DNA from: Gloeobacterales cyanobacterium
GTDB taxonomy: Bacteria > Cyanobacteriota > Cyanobacteriia > Gloeobacterales > PMM-0068
Length of the DNA: 64,000 bases
Assembly (NCBI GenBank): GCA_038245785.1
Contig: JBBRSB010000011.1
Span: 58,189 to 122,188, forward strand
Direction of reading: 5' to 3'
A program made the position numbers and the translations under genes. This document shows, one piece after another, positions 60,201 through 64,000 of this stretch; within the stretch, counting starts at the first letter, position 1; each line of letters begins with the position of its first letter. Under the pieces are notes generated by a model, which was not told the origin of the DNA, ran no database searches, and saw only the letters and a program-made list of their open reading frames with translations.

Positions 60201-60951
60201 TGATACATTCAACGCCCTTCTGCGCTATGAGTATCGCAAAAATCCTTCGATTATCCCTGAAAACTTACTTTTAGGCACTGGCACTAGTTCAGAAGACCAC
60301 ACCCTAGCTTTTGAAGCGATTTATGCACCGAACTGGCAGTGGGAACTCTATGGCAAATATGCACTTCGTAGCAGCAGCACTCAGCTGGACCAAAACTTCA
60401 CCAGCTCCAGCTTGATTAGCCTGGCCCAATTGAGAGCCACCTATCGCTTTGCCTATAACTTTGATCTAGTCGGAGAAGCTCGCTGGATCAGCCAACCCCG
60501 TGCCGGATATAGCGAAACGGGTGGAGTTGCAGAAGTAGGGTATTACCTCTCGCCCAATCTCCGTCTGGCGGCGGGCTATAGCTTTGGAAATGTCAACGCT
60601 GGAGATTTTGGGGGCACGCGTTCGGCTGGGGGCTTTTATGCAGGTCTGACGGTCAAAGTTAATGAACTTTTTGATGGATTTGGATTGCAAAGAGTAGCGC
60701 CTCCGCAACAGCAGGAATCGCAACTGGCCCAAGTTCCTCTGTCTTCTGAATCTAATAATAAGCTTGTTTCAATCCCGCCCGCCCCCTTCTTTGCACCTCC
60801 AGGAATCAAGTTTTTTCCACCCCTCAATGACCAGACGCTAACGATTTTCCAGACCCCCAAAAATATAGCAGTTAAGAGTCGTCAGGAATTAATCCAGGCT
60901 AGCGAGTTAGCTGCACCCCTGGGAAACCTGAGTGAGCTACATGCTCAGTAG
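57268..60951 (+). CDS. Large outer-membrane protein: N-terminal Ig-like domains plus C-terminal beta-barrel
   Basis: Signal peptide; Big/invasin-like IPADGRST..LLDAQGN; long run of amphipathic strands with aromatic girdles (e.g. EVGYYLSPNLRLAAGYSFG); ATGA overlap with upstream gene. Confidence 0.8.
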   Translation: MKPDLLLQRLGLVGLLAGTLNVLAFTFAVQAEPESVSSPALHSPEEQTTSPASPQLPQALQTDLQISKPILPDVTEGQVRILTPTPENILDVPAATITLQFVEGSPVNLQVNGLSVNDNQIGRTETNKTTKVVTQTWYGVTLNEGENTITAQIKAGAVASTKVQVRGTPKQLKVQAVTERIPADGRSTTVIRGQLLDAQGNRSSRDVLVTLTPEAGEFVGADYDKDKVGFQVQARQGQFEATLRASLQAQVAKVRASIGDSEASTQVRFETNLRPSLATGVVDVRFGARGTDYYSGFREFLPADRNNSPKLDLRSALFTTGKVGEWLFTGAYNTNRALNQDCNGTTRFLRDAQVCDQQYPVYGDSSSSIRVAQSQDSVFLRLERNQDFITWADYDTQELATASQEFSALNRQLHGLKLNYNAGNLQFTGFYGDNVQGFQRDTIPPDGTSGYYFLSRRLLVAGTENVTIETQEFDRPGTVLERKTQTRGVDYDIDYDRGSLLFRQPLLRTDVDAKTGVTLVRQLVVTYQYENQQNANIYGGRVRYHFSKELNQESWLGATYFRENQGVRNFELYGADALIPLSPKFKLIAEYARSANESDLLGPVSGSAYRLEAKGELFGGVQSRVYWRSAETGFANNATISFIPGQTRYGTELTAQVAPTTNLHLQYDHEDNVGVVPQPLNNLTDLLTPRSQALPGSAINTGLTTITAGVQQKIGPSELTVDWLNRNRSDRNTGQESISSQLRSRLELPLTNKLTLRAQNELNLGSTQDAVYPDRTTLGLEWAVYPGVSIQLNQNFIAGGQLGSNSFTSLDTKADYKLAENTSLNGRYSILSGINGLSGQGALGLNHRWVVSPGLRLNLGYEHVFGDAFTNTGVGPQFAQPFASGQGVSALGVQAGDNYNLGFEYTDSPDFKASARYEHRSSAGGTNTVITANATGKITPSLTALLRYNQAGTANQSLGGLGDTSSLKLGLAYRDPKDDTFNALLRYEYRKNPSIIPENLLLGTGTSSEDHTLAFEAIYAPNWQWELYGKYALRSSSTQLDQNFTSSSLISLAQLRATYRFAYNFDLVGEARWISQPRAGYSETGGVAEVGYYLSPNLRLAAGYSFGNVNAGDFGGTRSAGGFYAGLTVKVNELFDGFGLQRVAPPQQQESQLAQVPLSSESNNKLVSIPPAPFFAPPGIKFFPPLNDQTLTIFQTPKNIAVKSRQELIQASELAAPLGNLSELHAQ

Positions 60952-61162
60952 TAGATTTAGTCACAGAGGTCCATTTCATGAATTTGCGCGCGATTCTTTT
61001 CCAAGATCTAGCTCTTCTTGGGTGAAGCCCTTCCTCTGAGTGGGTTACTAAAGGCTACCTATATGGGTATTACTAACAGTAGAGGAGTAGGTATTCGCAA
61101 AAGTGGGGAATGTCCCTAAATTTGCTGCCTGAGGGCTCCTATTCATCTCGGATTGGATAAGA

Positions 61163-63844
61163 ATGAACGCTCAAATTAAGGAGCGCAACGCCCATAAAAG
61201 CATCCAAAAACTTCTCCATATGGTGATGTTTTTGGTCTGGGTTTTTACCGGCCTATTCCCAATTCAGCCTGTGCAAGCAGCTTTTCCTGGAATTGACGGC
61301 AGTTTGACCGTCACTTCCGCCAATACGATTTTGAATCAGTACAGTTCTGTAACCTCCATCAGTGGCAACACGATTACGGTGAGCGATATTAACAATTTGT
61401 TGAGTTCTGTAGTTAGTTCTAATGGATCCTTGGGGGCGCTGGCTCCAGGGGACCTACTCATGATTTACCAGGCTCAGGGTGCCACGATCGATGCAACCAA
61501 TACGGCCAGCTATGGCAGCGTTTCTAGCTATAACAGTGCGGGACGCTATGAATTTGTCGTCGTAGGCAGTATTAGCGGTAATACGATTACCTTGGCGACC
61601 ACCTGCGGCAATCTCAAAAATATCTACTCATCAACCTTTGCCCAAGTGATCCGGGTGCCACAATTTTCAAGCCTGACCATCAATAGTGGAGCTTCCGTAA
61701 CTGCCTCTGCCTGGAATGGTTCAACGGGAGGAATCGTTGCCATGCATGTGCAGGGAACCACTACGGTTAATGGCCAAATCGACCTAACCGGTAAAGGATT
61801 TCGCGGCGGCGCTGTCGTGAACAACAGCGGAAACAATTCGGGAAGCACGACGTATCGCTCAAGCGGTAGTTACACAACGGGCGGTTTTGGCAATGGAGGG
61901 TTTACGGAGGATACCGTCGTCGGCGGTGAAAAGGGAGAAGGCATTGCCGGAAGCCAAACCAACTACGACACCTTGAACGGACGCTATGGACGAGGCGCGC
62001 CAGCCAATGGCGGCGGCGGTGGAACGGGGCACAACAGTGGCGGTGGCGGTGGAGCCAATGGAAACAATGGAGTTGCCTGGAATGGTCAAGGAAATCCTGA
62101 TACCAGTGGTACTGGTTGGACAACCGCATGGAATCGCGATCCAAGCTTGAGTGCTACAACTACCTCGGCTGGTGGCGGTCGTGGGGGCTACACCTACTCT
62201 GCTAATGATCGGAACGCTGCTACTACCTCTCCAGGCAATACAAGCTGGGGCGGAGATAATCGTCAAGAGGTGGGCGGTTTGGGCGGACGCCCTCTGGATT
62301 ACTCAGGTGGAGCACAAGCTCGCCTTTTTCTAGGGGGTGGGGGCGGTAGTGGGGATGCAAACAACAGTGCAGGGAGTGCTGGGGGCAATGGCGGTGGTAT
62401 GGCCTACCTGATTTCCAACAGCGTCACAGGTTCTGGCAGCATTCAGGCCAGTGGCACCAATGGAGGAGATACAACGGGTGGTCACAATGATGCTCCAGGC
62501 GGCGGCGGCGGCGGCGGTACCATTGTTGTGAAGGCAAGCGGCAGCCTCACGCTCAACGCCAATGGCGGTAATGGCGGTAGTCAGCTGATTACGGGAAACG
62601 AAGCTGAAGGACCAGGCGGTGGCGGTGGTGGTGGTTATATCGCGGCTACAGGCGGCACACAGACTGTCAATGCGGGAGTGAATGGCCTCACAAGTTCTAG
62701 CGCGCTAACTGAATTTAAACCCAATGGTTCTACCCGTGGGGCTCCGGGACAGACGGCGCCTCCGCCGACGGATGCCAATATTCCTCTTTGCTATACCCCT
62801 CAGATTGGAGTCGCTAAAGCTGTAAGTGCTGCCATGACTCGCAATAGCAGTAGTACGAGTTTCACCATTCCCTTTTCAATCGTGGTGAAAAATCAGGGGG
62901 ATGTCTTCCTGACCAACAGCCAAATTACAGAGAACTTGGCAACAACTTTTCCGCCAGGAGCTACCTCCAGTGTCACGAGTGCTCCGACGGTGACTTCAGG
63001 AAAACTGCTGACTATCAATCCCAGCTTCAATGGCGCCACTAATACGAATTTACTGTCTTCTGGACAATCTTTAGATATTGGAGAACAGTCCACCATTACC
63101 TTTAGTGTTCAAGTCACCCCAGACGCTATGCAAAGCTTCGGTCCATACAATAATCAGGCAACGGGTTCATCTACAGGCAATACTCCCAGTGGTAGCAACT
63201 TCAACACCACCGATCTTTCGGATAACGGTACCAATCCAGATGCCAACGGGAATGGCTTCCCCAACGAGACGAATGAAAATGATCCTACGCCTGTGCGGTT
63301 TACCCATTTGCGATTGGTCAAACGGATTACGGGGATTAAAAAAGGAACTACCTTAATACCCGTTACGGGCTACAACAACTTTGCTACAGATCCTAATGAC
63401 AACCCTACGGTGAGCTGGCCTAGTGGGGCGGCTACTTATTTGACAGGAGCTTTTGATGGTGCCCAAATTCCCACACCAATGCCAGGTTTACCTGGGCCTA
63501 ATGACGAAGTAGAATATACCATCTACTTCTTGTCTGATGGCGGTGCAGATGCGAGCAATGTAATCCTCTGTGATTTCATCCCTACAAATCAACAGTTTGT
63601 CCCTGGCACGATTCAGCGCAATGTGGGGGGTACTACTACAAATATTGCTGACGGCTCTGGTACAGGTCCAGGCAATGGATTTTATAACAGCACTAATACT
63701 TCTTTTCCCGCTGCCTGCCCAAGTGCCAATAATCATGGAGAGGGTGCTGTCTACGTTCAAATGGGTGTAATACCGACAGTAACGATCACTCCTACGCCTA
63801 GTACGTATTACGGCTTCCTGCGCTTCCGAGCGAAAGTGAAGTGA
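61163..63844 (+). CDS. Secreted Gly-rich adhesin-like protein with two DUF11-like domains
   Basis: Signal peptide ending PVQA; GDLLMIYQAQG, GRYEF, QVIRVPQ, AWNGSTGG; many G5-G7 runs; IGVAK..YNNQAT; LRLVKRIT..EYTIYF..LCDFIP; ends FRAKVK. Confidence 0.85.
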   Translation: MNAQIKERNAHKSIQKLLHMVMFLVWVFTGLFPIQPVQAAFPGIDGSLTVTSANTILNQYSSVTSISGNTITVSDINNLLSSVVSSNGSLGALAPGDLLMIYQAQGATIDATNTASYGSVSSYNSAGRYEFVVVGSISGNTITLATTCGNLKNIYSSTFAQVIRVPQFSSLTINSGASVTASAWNGSTGGIVAMHVQGTTTVNGQIDLTGKGFRGGAVVNNSGNNSGSTTYRSSGSYTTGGFGNGGFTEDTVVGGEKGEGIAGSQTNYDTLNGRYGRGAPANGGGGGTGHNSGGGGGANGNNGVAWNGQGNPDTSGTGWTTAWNRDPSLSATTTSAGGGRGGYTYSANDRNAATTSPGNTSWGGDNRQEVGGLGGRPLDYSGGAQARLFLGGGGGSGDANNSAGSAGGNGGGMAYLISNSVTGSGSIQASGTNGGDTTGGHNDAPGGGGGGGTIVVKASGSLTLNANGGNGGSQLITGNEAEGPGGGGGGGYIAATGGTQTVNAGVNGLTSSSALTEFKPNGSTRGAPGQTAPPPTDANIPLCYTPQIGVAKAVSAAMTRNSSSTSFTIPFSIVVKNQGDVFLTNSQITENLATTFPPGATSSVTSAPTVTSGKLLTINPSFNGATNTNLLSSGQSLDIGEQSTITFSVQVTPDAMQSFGPYNNQATGSSTGNTPSGSNFNTTDLSDNGTNPDANGNGFPNETNENDPTPVRFTHLRLVKRITGIKKGTTLIPVTGYNNFATDPNDNPTVSWPSGAATYLTGAFDGAQIPTPMPGLPGPNDEVEYTIYFLSDGGADASNVILCDFIPTNQQFVPGTIQRNVGGTTTNIADGSGTGPGNGFYNSTNTSFPAACPSANNHGEGAVYVQMGVIPTVTITPTPSTYYGFLRFRAKVK

Positions 63845-63877
63845 TCCCCCTAGCTAATGCAACCCCTTGTATGTTGA

Positions 63878-63945
63878 GAGTGAGCGGTAAACCGATAACC
63901 CCTTGATACTGGATATCGTGGCTGAGCCTAGGTTGCCGCTTACTC
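63878..63945. terminator. Long stem-loop closing the DUF11 operon
   Basis: GAGTGAGCGGTAA ... TTGCCGCTTACTC 13-bp arms with G-U pairs. Confidence 0.45.
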
Positions 63946-64000
63946 GCTCTTGAACCCGAACAGTCGCTTGGGGCCATGACCCCGTATGAGCAAGGGCGGG
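63940..64000 (-). CDS. Possible C-terminal end of a convergent gene running off the window
   Basis: Open minus frame PPLLIRGHGPKRLFGFKSE-stop; too short to identify. Confidence 0.3.
   Translation of the reverse strand, partial: PPLLIRGHGPKRLFGFKSE

Noticed and set aside
63870..64000. Terminal hairpin as tRNA/SRP/6S RNA
   Set aside because: No T-loop, D-loop or SRP motifs; better explained as a terminator between convergent genes.

Overview
Cyanobacterial chromosomal window with HLIP, NblB-like HEAT protein, Uma2, PCP_red and cyanobacterial-type RpoZ. Roughly 50% GC by eye; an early-branching lineage such as Gloeobacterales is a guess only. It is mostly housekeeping (secDF, fur, hisH, tatC, gatB, rqcH-remA-gmk, rpoZ-coaBC) with accessory blocks: a NACHT/Zn-ribbon/Crp/atypical-thioredoxin cluster, a decayed DUF559 element between 43-bp double-hairpin inverted repeats, higBA with a brnT remnant, and a kdpFABC block with a tandem-duplicated stand-alone KdpD lying between gmk and rpoZ. 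The best candidate for an undescribed system is the five-gene DUF11 operon at 52424-63844. Its domain ends suggest a pilus-like fibre built by donor-strand complementation and possibly locked by intermolecular Lys-Asn isopeptide bonds: a shaft (donor+acceptor), a Lys-less acceptor (possible chaperone), a donor-only anchor, an outer-membrane barrel and an acceptor-only Gly-rich tip adhesin. Several small ORFs below the 60-aa track cutoff were read by hand (kdpF, hli, a Zn-ribbon protein, a 33-aa membrane peptide). No rRNA, tRNA or CRISPR array was recognised. All family assignments are from motif recognition, not database searches.
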